A stretch of DNA of 64,000 nucleotides from Auanema rhodensis (taxonomy: Eukaryota > Animalia > Nematoda). Below, piece by piece: positions 42,120 through 55,100 of the stretch. The notes beneath the pieces were generated by a model. It had not been told where the DNA came from. It searched no databases and was given only the letters and a program-made list of their open reading frames with translations. The position numbers and the translations under genes were made by a program. Each line of letters starts with the position of its first letter. The stretch's first letter is position 1. Location of the stretch: the NCBI GenBank assembly GCA_964057225.1, contig OZ059897.1:21204001-21268000 (forward strand), read 5' to 3'.

Positions 42120-45100
42120 ACTATACTACATTGAGAAACGCTTGATACAAAAATTAGTTATGATCGTTTGAAAAATGATGCATTAGTGTACGTTGAGTTT
42201 CCATGTACACTCAATATTGCTTCCAAAAACATTTTGACAAAAATTTTTTCGAAAAATTTCAAAATAATTGAGCAAAAAGTAGATGTTTTTAGATTCCTTT
42301 TTTCAAGGCAAAGACGATAGACAATGTTATTCAACGAAAAAATTAATTCTTCAGGGTGAAAATCGAGGATATAAGTGTGAACTTATATCAGTTGATATCT
42401 CGGTGCATTTTTAAGCTAGCGCAAATCTGATAACACAGATCGACGCAGCTTAAAAATCCGCATCGAATGCACTATACTACATTGAGAAACGCTTGATACA
42501 AAAATTAGTTATGATCGTTTGAAAAATGATGCATTAGTGTACGTTGAGTTTCCATGTACACTCAATATTGCTTCCAAAAACATTTTGACAAAAATTTTTT
42601 CGAAAAATTTCAAAATAATTTAGCAAAAAGTAGATGTTTTTAGATTCCTTTTTTCAAGGCAAAGACGATAGACAATGTTATTCAACGAAAAAATTAATTC
42701 TTCAGGGTGAAAATCGAGGATATAAGTGTGAACTGATATCAGTTGATATCTCGGTGCATTTTCAAGCTAGCGCAAATGTGATAACACAGATCGACGCAGC
42801 TTAAAAATCCGCATCGAATGCACTATACTACATTGAGAAACGCTTGATACAAAAATTAGTTATGATCGTTTGAAAAATGATGCATTAGTGTATGTTGAGT
42901 TTCCATGTACACTCAACATTGCTTCCAAAAACATTTTGACAAAAATTTTTTCGAAAAATTTCAAAATAATTTAGCAAAAAGTAGATGTTTTTAGATTCCA
43001 TTTTTCAAGGCAAAGACGATAGACAATGTTATTCAACGAAAAAATTAATTCTTCAGGGTGAAAATCGAGGATATAAGTGTGAACTGATATCAGTTGATAT
43101 CTCGGTGCATTTTCAAGCTAGCGCAAATGTGATAACACAGATCGACGCAGCTTAAAAATCCGCATCGAATGCACTATACTACATTGAGAAACGCTTGATA
43201 CAAAAATTAGTTATGATCGTTTGAAAAATGATGCATTAGTGTATGTTGAGTTTCCATGTACACTCAACATTGCTTCCAAAAACATTTTGACAAAAATTTT
43301 TTCGAAAAATTTCAAAATAATTTAGCAAAAAGTAGATGTTTTTAGATTCCATTTTTCAAGGCAAAGACGATAGACAATGTTATTCAACGAAAAAATTAAT
43401 TCTTCAGGGTGAAAATCGAGGATATAAGTGTGAACTTATATCAGTTGATATCTCGGTGCATTTTTAAGCTAGCGCAAATCTGATAACACAGATCGACGCA
43501 GCTTAAAAATCCGCATCGAATGCACTATACTACATTGAGAAACGCTGATACAAAAATTAGTTATGATCGTTTGAAAAATGATGCATTAGTGTATGTTGAG
43601 TTTCCATGTACACTCAACATTGCTTCCAAAAACATTTTGACAAAAATTTTTTCGAAAAATTTCAAAATAATTTAGCAAAAAGTAGATGTTTTTAGATTTC
43701 ATTTTTCAAGGCAAAGACGATAGACAATGTTATTCAACGAAAAAATTAATTCTTCAGGGTGAAAATCGAGGATATAAGTGTGAACTTATATCAGTTGATA
43801 TCTCGGTGCATTTTTAAGCTAGCGCAAATCTGATAACACAGATCGACGCAGCTTAAAAATCCGCATCGAATGCACTATACTACATTGAGAAACGCTTGAT
43901 ACAAAAATTAGTTATGATCGTTTGAAAAATGATGCATTAGTGTACGTTGAGTTTCCATGTACACTCAATATTGCTTCCAAAAACATTTTGACAAAAATTT
44001 TTTCGAAAAATTTCAAAATAATTTAGCAAAAAGTAGATGTTTTTAGATTCCTTTTTTCAAGGCAAAGACGATAGACAATGTTATTCAACGAAAAAATTAA
44101 TTCTTCAGGGTGAAAATCGAGGATATAAGTGTGAACTTATATCAGTTGATATCTCGGTGCATTTTTAAGCTAGCGCAAATCTGATAACACAGATCGACGC
44201 AGCTTAAAAATCCGCATCGAAAGCACTATACTACATTAAGAAACGCTTAATACAAAAATTAGTTATGATCGTTTGAAAAATGATGCATTAGTGTATGTTG
44301 AGTTTCCATGTACACTCAACATTGCTTCCAAAAACATTTTGACAAAAATTTTTTCGAAAAATTTCAAAATAATTTAGCAAAAAGTAGATGTTTTTAGATT
44401 TCATTTTTCAAGGCAAAGACGATAGACAATGTTATTCAACGAAAAAATTAATTCTTCAGGGTGAAAATCGAGGATATAAGTGTGAACTGATATCAGTTGA
44501 TATCTCGGTGCATTTTCAAGCTAGCGCAAATGTGATAACACAGATCGACGCAGCTTAAAAATCCGCATCGAATGCACTATACTACATTGAGAAACGCTTG
44601 ATACAAAAATTAGTTATGATCGTTTGAAAAATGATGCATTAGTGTATGTTGAGTTTCCATGTACACTCAACATTGCTTCCAAAAACATTTTGACAAAAAT
44701 TTTTTCGAAAAATTTCAAAATAATTTAGCAAAAAGTAGATGTTTTTAGATTCCTTTTTTCAAGGCAAAGACGATAGACAATGTTATTCAACGAAAAAATT
44801 AATTCTTCAGGGTGAAAATCGAGGATATAAGTGTGAACTGATATCAGTTGATATCTCGGTGCATTTTTAAGCTAGCGCAAATCTGATAACACAGATCGAC
44901 GCAGCTTAAAAATCCGCATCGAATGCACTATACTACATTGAGAAACGCTTGATACAAAAATTAGTTATGATCGTTTGAAAAATGATGCATTAGTGTACGT
45001 TGAGTTTCCATGTACACTCAATATTGCTTCCAAAAACATTTTGACAAAAATTTTTTCGAAAAATTTCAAAATAATTTAGCAAAAAGTAGATGTTTTTAGA

Positions 45101-48100
45101 TTCCTTTTTTCAAGGCAAAGACGATAGACAATGTTATTCAACGAAAAAATTAATTCTTCAGGGTGAAAATCGAGGATATAAGTGTGAACTTATATCAGTT
45201 GATATCTCGGTGCATTTTTAAGCTAGCGCAAATCTGATAACACAGATCGACGCAGCTTAAAAATCCGCATCGAATGCACTATACTACATTAAGAAACGCT
45301 TAATACAAAAATTAGTTATGATCGTTTGAAAAATGATGCATTAGTGTATGTTGAGTTTCCATGTACACTCAACATTGCTTCCAAAAACATTTTGACAAAA
45401 ATTTTTTCGAAAAATTTCAAAATAATTTAGCAAAAAGTAGATGTTTTTAGATTTCATTTTTCAAGGCAAAGACGATAGACAATGTTATTCAACGAAAAAA
45501 TTAATTCTTCAGGGTGAAAATCGAGGATATAAGTGTGAACTGATATCAGTTGATATCTCGGTGCATTTTCAAGCTAGCGCAAATGTGATAACACAGATCG
45601 ACGCAGCTTAAAAATCCGCATCGAATGCACTATACTACATTGAGAAACGCTTGATACAAAAATTAGTTATGATCGTTTGAAAAATGATGCATTAGTGTAT
45701 GTTGAGTTTCCATGTACACTCAACATTGCTTCCAAAAACATTTTGACAAAAATTTTTTCGAAAAATTTCAAAATAATTTAGCAAAAAGTAGATGTTTTTA
45801 GATTCCATTTTTCAAGGCAAAGACGATAGACAATGTTATTCAACGAAAAAATTAATTCTTCAGGGTGAAAATCGAGGATATAAGTGTGAACTTATATCAG
45901 TTGATATCTCGGTGCATTTTTAAGCTAGCGCAAATCTGATAACACAGATCGACGCAGCTTAAAAATCCGCATCGAATGCACTATACTACATTGAGAAACG
46001 CTTGATACAAAAATTAGTTATGATCGTTTGAAAAATGATGCATTAGTGTACGTTGAGTTTCCATGTACACTCAATATTGCTTCCAAAAACATTTTGACAA
46101 AAATTTTTTCGAAAAATTTCAAAATAATTTAGCAAAAAGTAGATGTTTTTAGATTCCTTTTTTCAAGGCAAAGACGATAGACAATGTTATTCAACGAAAA
46201 AATTAATTCTTCAGGGTGAAAATCGAGGATATAAGTGTGAACTTATATCAGTTGATATCTCGGTGCATTTTTAAGCTAGCGCAAATCTGATAACACAGAT
46301 CGACGCAGCTTAAAAATCCGCATCGAATGCACTATACTACATTGAGAAACGCTTGATACAAAAATTAGTTATGATCGTTTGAAAAATGATGCATTAGTGT
46401 ACGTTGAGTTTCCATGTACACTCAATATTGCTTCCAAAAACATTTTGACAAAAATTTTTTCGAAAAATTTCAAAATAATTGAGCAAAAAGTAGATGTTTT
46501 TAGATTCCTTTTTTCAAGGCAAAGACGATAGACAATGTTATTCAACGAAAAAATTAATTCTTCAGGGTGAAAATCGAGGATATAAGTGTGAACTTATATC
46601 AGTTGATATCTCGGTGCATTTTTTTGCTAGCGCAAATCTGATAACACAGATCGACGCAGCTTAAAAATCCGCATCGAATGCACTATACTAAATTGAGAAA
46701 CGCTTGATACAAAAATTAGTTATGATCGTTTGAAAAATGATGCATTAGTGTATGTTGAGTTTCCATGTACACTCAACATTGCTTCCAAAAACATTTTGAC
46801 AAAAATTTTTTCGAAAAATTTCAAAATAATTTAGCAAAAAGTAGATGTTTTTAGATTCCTTTTTTTAAGGCAAAGACGATGGACAATGTTATTCAACGAA
46901 AAAATTATTTCTTCAGGGTGAAAATCGAGGATATAAGTGTGAACTTATATCAGTTGATATCTCGGTGCATTTTCAAGCTAGCGCAAATCTGATAACACAG
47001 ATCGACGCAGCTTAAAAATCCGCATCGAATGCACTATACTACATTGAGAAACGCTTGATACAAAAATTAGTTATGATCGTTTGAAAAATGATGCATTAGT
47101 GTATGTTGAGTTTCCATGTACACTCAACATTGCTTCCAAAAACATTTTGACAAAAATTTTTTCGAAAAATTTCAAAATAATTTAGCAAAAAGTAGATGTT
47201 TTTAGATTCCTTTTTTCAAGGCAAAGACGATGGACAATGTTATTCAACGAAAAAATTATTTCTTCAGGGTTAAAATCGAGGATATAAGTGTGAACTTATA
47301 TCAGTTGATATCTCGGTGCATTTTTAAGCTAGCGCAAATCTGATAACACAGATCGACGCAGCTTAAAAATCCGCATCGAATGCACTATACTACATTGAGA
47401 AACGCTTAATACAAAAATTAGTTATGATTGTTTGAAAAATGATGCATTAGTGTATGTTGAGTTTCCATGTACACTCAACATTGCTTCCAAAAACATTTTG
47501 ACAAAAATTTTTTCGAAAAATTTCAAAATAATTTAGCAAAAAGTAGATGTTTTTAGATTCCTTTTTTTAAGGCAAAGACGGTGGACAATGTTATTCAACG
47601 AAAAAAATATTTCTTCAGGGTGAAAATCGAGGATATAAGTGTGAACTTATATCAGTTGATATCTCGGTGCATTTTTAAGCTAGCGCAAATCTGATAACAC
47701 AGATCGACGCAGCTTGAAAATCCGCATCGAATGCACTATACTACATTGAGAAACGCTTGATAAAAAAATTAGTTATGATCGTTTGAAAAATGATGCATTA
47801 GTGTACGTTGAGTTTCCATGTACACTCAATATTGCTTCCAAAAACATTTTGACAAAATTTTTTTCGAAAAATTTCAAAATAATTTAGCGAAAAGTAGATG
47901 TTTTTAGATTCCTTTTTTCAAGGCAAAGACGATGGACAATGTTATTCAACGAAAAAATTATTTCTTCAGGGTGAAAATCGAGGATATAAGTGTGAACTTA
48001 TATCAGTTGATATCTCGGTGCATTTTCAAGCTAGCGCAAATCTGATAACACAGATCGACGCAGCTTAAAAATCCGCATCGAATGCACTATACTACATTGA

Positions 48101-49131
48101 GAAACGCTTGATACAAAAATTAGTCATGATCGTTTGAAAAATGATGCATTAGTGTATGTTGAGTTTCCATGTACACTGAACATTGCTTCCACAAACATTT
48201 TGACAAAAATTTTTTCGAAAAATTTCAGAATAATTTAGCAAAAAGTAGATGTTTTTAGATTCCTGTTTTCAAGGCAAAGACGATAGACAATGTTATTCAA
48301 CGAAAAAATTCAGGGTGAAAATCGAGGATATAAGTGTGAACTTATATCAGTTGATATCTCGGTGCATTTTTAAGCTAGCGCAAATCTGATAACACAGATC
48401 GACGCAGCTTAAAAATCCGCATCGAATGCACTATACTAAATTGAGAAACGCTTGATACAAAAATTAGTTATGATCGTTTGAAAAATGATGCATTAGTGTA
48501 TGTTGAGTTTCCATGTACACTCAACATTGCTTCCAAAAACATTTTGACAAAAATTTTTTCGAAAAATTTCAAAATAATTTAGCAAAAAGTAGATGTTTTT
48601 AGATTCCTTTTTTCAAGGCAAAGACGATGGACAATGTTATTCAACGAAAACATTATTTCTTCAGGGTGAAAATCGAGGATATAAGTGTGAATTTATATCA
48701 GTTGATATCTCGGTGCATTTTTAAGCTAGCGCAAATCTGATAACACAGATCGACGCAGCTTAAAAATCCGCATCGAATGCACTATACTACATTGAGAAAC
48801 GCTTGATACAAGAATTAGTTATGATCGTTTGAAAAATGATGCATTAGTGTATGTTGAGTTTCCATGTACACTCAACATTGCTTCCAAAAACATTTTGACA
48901 AAAATTTTTTCGAAAAATTTCAAAATAATTTAGCAAAAAGTAGATGTTTTTAGATTCCTTTTTTTAAGGCAAAGACGATGGACAATGTTATTCAACGAAA
49001 AAATTATTTCTTCAGGGTGAAAATCGAGGATATAAGTGTGAACTTATATCAGTTGATATCTCGGTGCATTTTCAAGCTAGCGCAAATGTGATAACACAGA
49101 TCGACGCAGCTTAAAAATCCGCATCGAATGC

Positions 49132-52100
49132 ACTATACTACATTGAGAAACGCTTGATACAAAAATTAGTTATGATCGTTTGAAAAATGATGCATTAGTG
49201 TATGTTGAGTTTCCATGTACACTCAACATTGCTTCCAAAAACATTTTGACAAAAATTTTTTCGAAAAATTTCAAAATAATTTAGCAAAAAGTAGATGTTT
49301 TTAGATTCCATTTTTCAAGGCAAAGACGATAGACAATGTTATTCAACCAAAAAAATAATTCTTCAGGGTGAAAATCGAGGATATAAGTGTGAACTTATAT
49401 CAGTTGATATCTCGGTGCATTTTTAAGCTAGCGCGAATCTGATAACACAGATCGACGCAGCTTAAAAATCCGCATCGAATGCACTATACTACATTGAGAA
49501 ACGCTTAATACAAAAATTAGTTATGATCGTTTGAAAAATGATGCATTAGTGTATGTTGAGTTTCCATGTACACTCAACATTGCTTCCAAAAACATTTTGA
49601 CAAAAATTTTTTCGAAAAATTTCGAAATAATTTAGCAAAAAGTAGATGTTTTTGATTCCTTTTTTTAAGGCAAAGACGATGGACAATGTTATTCAACGAA
49701 AAAATTATTTCTTCAGGGTGAAAATCGAGGATATAAGTGTGAACTTATATCAGTTGATATCTCGGTGCATTTTTAAGCTGGCGCAAATCTGATAACACAG
49801 ATCGACGCAGCTTAAAAATCCGCATCGAATGCACTATACTACATTAAGAAACGCTTAATACAAAAATTAGTTATGATCGTTTGAAAAATGATGCATTAGT
49901 GTATGTTGAGTTTCCATGTACACTCAACATTGCTTCCAAAAACATTTTGACAAAAATTTTTTCGAAAAATTTCAAAATAATTTAGCAAAAAGTAGATGTT
50001 TTTAGATTCCATTTTTCAAGGCAAAGACGATAGACAATGTTATTCAACGAAAAAATTAATTCTTCAGGGTGAAAATCGAGGATATAAGTGTGAACCTATA
50101 TCAGTTGATATCTCGGTGCATTTTTAAGCTAGCGCAAATCTGATAACACAGATCGACGCAGCTTAAAAATCCGCATCGAATGCACTATACTACATTGAGA
50201 AACGCTTAATACAAAAATTAGTTATGATCGTTTGAAAAATGATGCATTAGTGTATGTTGAGTTTCCATGTACACTCAACATTGCTTCCAAAAACATTTTG
50301 ACAAAAATTTTTTCGAAAAATTTCAAAATAATTTAGCAAAAAGTAGATGTTTTTAGATTTCATTTTTCAAGGCAAAGACGATAGACAATGTTATTCAACG
50401 AAAAAATTAATTCTTCAGGGTGAAAATCGAGGATATAAGTGTGAACTGATATCAGTTGATATCTCGGTGCATTTTCAAGCTAGCGCAAATGTGATAACAC
50501 AGATCGACGCAGCTTAAAAATCCGCATCGAATGCACTATACTACATTGAGAAACGCTTGATACAAAAATTAGTTATGATCGTTCGAAAAATGATGCATTA
50601 GTGTATGTTGAGTTTCCATGTACACTCAACATTGCTTCCAAAAACATTTTGACAAAAATTTTTTCGAAAAATTTCAAAATAATTTAGCAAAAAGTAGATG
50701 TTTTTAGATTCCTTTTTTCAAGGCAAAGACGATGGACAATGTTATTCAACGAAAAAATCATTTCTTCAGGGTGAAAATCGAGGATATAAGTGTGAATTTA
50801 TATCAGTTGATATCTCGGTGCATTTTTAAGCTAGCGCAAATCTGATAACACAGATCGACGCAGCTTAAAAATCCGCATCGAATGCACTATACTACATTGA
50901 GAAACGCTTGATACAAGAATTAGTTATGATCGTTTGAAAAATGATGCATTAGTGTATGTTGAGTTTCCATGTACACTCAACATTGCTTCCAAAAACATTT
51001 TGACAAAAATTTTTTCGAAAAATTTCAAAATAATTTAGCAAAAAGTAGATGTTTTTAGATTCCTTTTTTTAAGGCAAAGACGATGGACAATGTTATTCAA
51101 CGAAAAAATTATTTCTTCAGGGTGAAAATCGAGGATATAAGTGTGAACTTATATCAGTTGATATCTCGGTGCATTTTCAAGCTAGCGCAAATGTGATAAC
51201 ACAGATCGACGCAGCTTAAAAATCCGCATCGAATGCACTATACTACATTGAGAAACGCTTGATACAAAAATTAGTTATGATCGTTTGAAAAATGATGCAT
51301 TAGTGTATGTTGAGTTTCCATGTACACTCAACATTGCTTCCAAAAACATTTTGACAAAAATTTTTTCGAAAAATTTCAAAATAATTTAGCAAAAAGTAGA
51401 TGTTTTTAGATTCCATTTTTCAAGGCAAAGACGATAGACAATGTTATTCAACGAAAAAATTAATTCTTCAGGGTGAAAATCGAGGATATAAGTGTGAACT
51501 TATATCAGTTGATATCTCGGTGCATTTTTAAGCTAGCGCGAATCTGATAACACAGATCGACGCAGCTTAAAAATCCGCATCGAATGCACTATACTACATT
51601 GAGAAACGCTTAATACAAAAATTAGTTATGATCGTTTGAAAAATGATGCATTAGTGTATGTTGAGTTTCCATGTACACTCAACATTGCTTCCAAAAACAT
51701 TTTGACAAAAATTTTTTCGAAAAATTTCAAAATAATTTAGCAAAAAGTAGATGTTTTTGATTCCTTTTTTTAAGGCAAAGACGATGGACAATGTTATTCA
51801 ACGAAAAAATTATTTCTTCAGGGTGAAAATCGAGGATATAAGTGTGAACTTATATCAGTTGATATCTCGGTGCATTTTTAAGCTAGCGCAAATCTGATAA
51901 CACAGATCGACGCAGCTTAAAAATCCGCATCGAATGCACTATACTACATTAAGAAACGCTTAATACAAAAATTAGTTATGATCGTTTGAAAAATGATGCA
52001 TTAGTGTATGTTGAGTTTCCATGTACACTCAACATTGCTTCCAAAAACATTTTGACAAAAATTTTTTCGAAAAATTTCAAAATAATTTAGCAAAAAGTAG

Positions 52101-55100
52101 ATGTTTTTAGATTCCATTTTTTAAGGCAAAGACGATAGACAATGTTATTCAACGAAAAAATTAATTCTTCAGGGTGAAAATCGAGGATATAAGTGTGAAC
52201 TTATATCAGTTGATATCTCGGTGCATTTTTAAGCTAGCGCAAATCTGATAACACAGATCGACGCAGCTTAAAAATCCGCATCAAATGCACTATACTACAT
52301 CGAGAAACGCTTAATACAAAAATTAGTTATGATCGTTTGAAAAATGATGCATTAGTGTATGTTGAGTTTCCATGTACACTCAACATTGCTTCCAAAAACA
52401 TTTTGACAAAAATTTTTTCGAAAAATTTCAAAATAATTTAGCAAAAAGTAGATGTTTTTAGATTCCTTTTTTTAAGGCAAAGACGATGGACAATGTTATT
52501 CAACGAAAAAATTATTTCTTCAGGGTGAAAATCCAGGATATAAGTGTGAACTTATATCAGTTGATATCTCGGTGCATTTTTAAGCTAGCGCAAATCTGAT
52601 AACACAGATCGACGCAGCTTAAAAATCCGCATCGAATGCACTATACTACATTAAGAAACGCTTAATACGAAAATTAGTTATGATCGTTTGAAAAATGATG
52701 CATTAGTGTATGTTGAGTTTCCATGTACACTCAACATTGCTTCCAAAAACATTTTGACAAAAATTTTTTCGAAAAATTTCGAAATAATTTAGCAAAAAGT
52801 AGATGTTTTTAGATTTCATTTTTCAAGGCAAAGACGATAGACAATGTAATTCAACGAAAAAATTAATTCTTCAGGGTGAAAATCGAGGATATAAGTGTGA
52901 ACTGATATCAGTTGATATCTCGGTGCATTTTCAAGCTAGCGCAAATCTGATAACACAGATCGACGCAGCTTAAAAATCCGCATCGAATGCACTATACTAC
53001 ATTGAGAAACGCTTAATACAAAAATTAGTTATGATCGTTTGAAAAATGATGCATTAGTGTATGTTGAGTTTCCATGTACACTCAACATTGCTTCCAAAAA
53101 CATTTTGACAAAAATTTTTTCGAAAAATTTCAAAATAATTTAGCAAAAAGTAGATGTTTTTAGATTCCTTTTTTTAAGGCAAAGACGATGGACAATGTTA
53201 TTCAACGAAAAAATTATTTCTTCAGGGTGAAAATCGAGGATATAAGTGTGAACTTATATCAGTTGATATCTCGGTGCATTTTCAAGCTAGCGCAAATGTG
53301 ATAACACAGATCGACGCAGCTTAAAAATCCGCATCGAATGCACTATACTACATTGAGAAACGCTTGATACAAAAATTAGTTATGATCGTTTGAAAAATGA
53401 TGCATTAGTGTATGTTGAGTTTCCATGTACACTCAACATTGCTTCCAAAAACATTTTGACAAAAATTTTTTCGAAAAATTTCAAAATAATTTAGCAAAAA
53501 GTAGATGTTTTTAGATTCCATTTTTCAAGGCAAAGACGATAGACAATGTTATTCAACGAAAAAATTAATTCTTCAGGGTGAAAATCGAGGATATAAGTGT
53601 GAACTTATATCAGTTGATATCTCGGTGCATTTTTAAGCTAGCGCGAATCTGATAACACAGATCGACGCAGCTTAAAAATCCGCATCGAATGCACTATACT
53701 ACATTGAGAAACGCTTAATACAAAAATTAGTTATGATCGTTTGAAAAATGATGCATTAGTGTATGTTGAGTTTCCATGTACACTCAACATTGCTTCCAAA
53801 AACATTTTGACAAAAATTTTTTCGAAAAATTTCAAAATAATTTAGCAAAAAGTAGATGTTTTTGATTCCTTTTTTTAAGGCAAAGACGATGGACAATGTT
53901 ATTCAACGAAAAAATTATTTCTTCAGGGTGAAAATCGAGGATATAAGTGTGAACTTATATCAGTTGATATCTCGGTGCATTTTTAAGCTAGCGCAAATCT
54001 GATAACACAGATCGACGCAGCTTAAAAATCCGCATCGAATGCACTATACTACATTAAGAAACGCTTAATACAAAAATTAGTTATGATCGTTTGAAAAATG
54101 ATGCATTAGTGTATGTTGAGTTTCCATGTACACTCAACATTGCTTCCAAAAACATTTTGACAAAAATTTTTTCGAAAAATTTCAAAATAATTTAGCAAAA
54201 AGTAGATGTTTTTAGATTCCATTTTTCAAGGCAAAGACGATAGACAATGTTATTCAACGAAAAAATTAATTCTTCAGGGTGAAAATCGAGGATATAAGTG
54301 TGAACTTATATCAGTTGATATCTCGGTGCATTTTTAAGCTAGCGCAAATCTGATAACACAGATCGACGCAGCTTAAAAATCCGCATCAAATGCACTATAC
54401 TACATCGAGAAACGCTTAATACGAAAATTAGTTATGATCGTTTGAAAAATGATGCATTAGTGTATGTTGAGTTTCCATGTACACTCAACATTGCTTCCAA
54501 AAACATTTTGACAAAAATTTTTTCGAAAAATTTCAAAATAATTTAGCAAAAAGTAGATGTTTTTAGATTCCATTTTTCAAGGCAAAGACGATAGACAATG
54601 TTATTCAACGAAAAAATTAATTCTTCAGGGTGAAAATCGAGGATATAAGTGTGAACTTATATCAGTTGATATCTCGGTGCATTTTTAAGCTAGCGCAAAT
54701 CTGATAACACAGATCGACGCAGCTTAAAAATCCGCATCAAATGCACTATACTACATCGAGAAACGCTTAATACGAAAATTAGTTATGATCGTTTGAAAAA
54801 TGATGCATTAGTGTATGTTGAGTTTCCATGTACACTCAACATTGCTTCCAAAAACATTTTGACAAAAATTTTTTCGAAAAATTTCAAAATAATTTAGCAA
54901 AAAGTAGATGTTTTTAGATTCCTTTTTTTAAGGCAAAGACGATGGACAATGTTATTCAACGAAAAAATTATTTCTTCAGGGTGAAAATCCAGGATATAAG
55001 TGTGAACTTATATCAGTTGATATCTCGGTGCATTTTTAAGCTAGCGCAAATCTGATAACACAGATCGACGCAGCTTAAAAATCCGCATCGAATGCACTAT

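Noticed and set aside
47701-47720. 333A>G as a compensatory change in the 11-bp stem
   Set aside because: It would pair with 293C, but this monomer has 293T, giving only a G-T wobble. It is a singleton.
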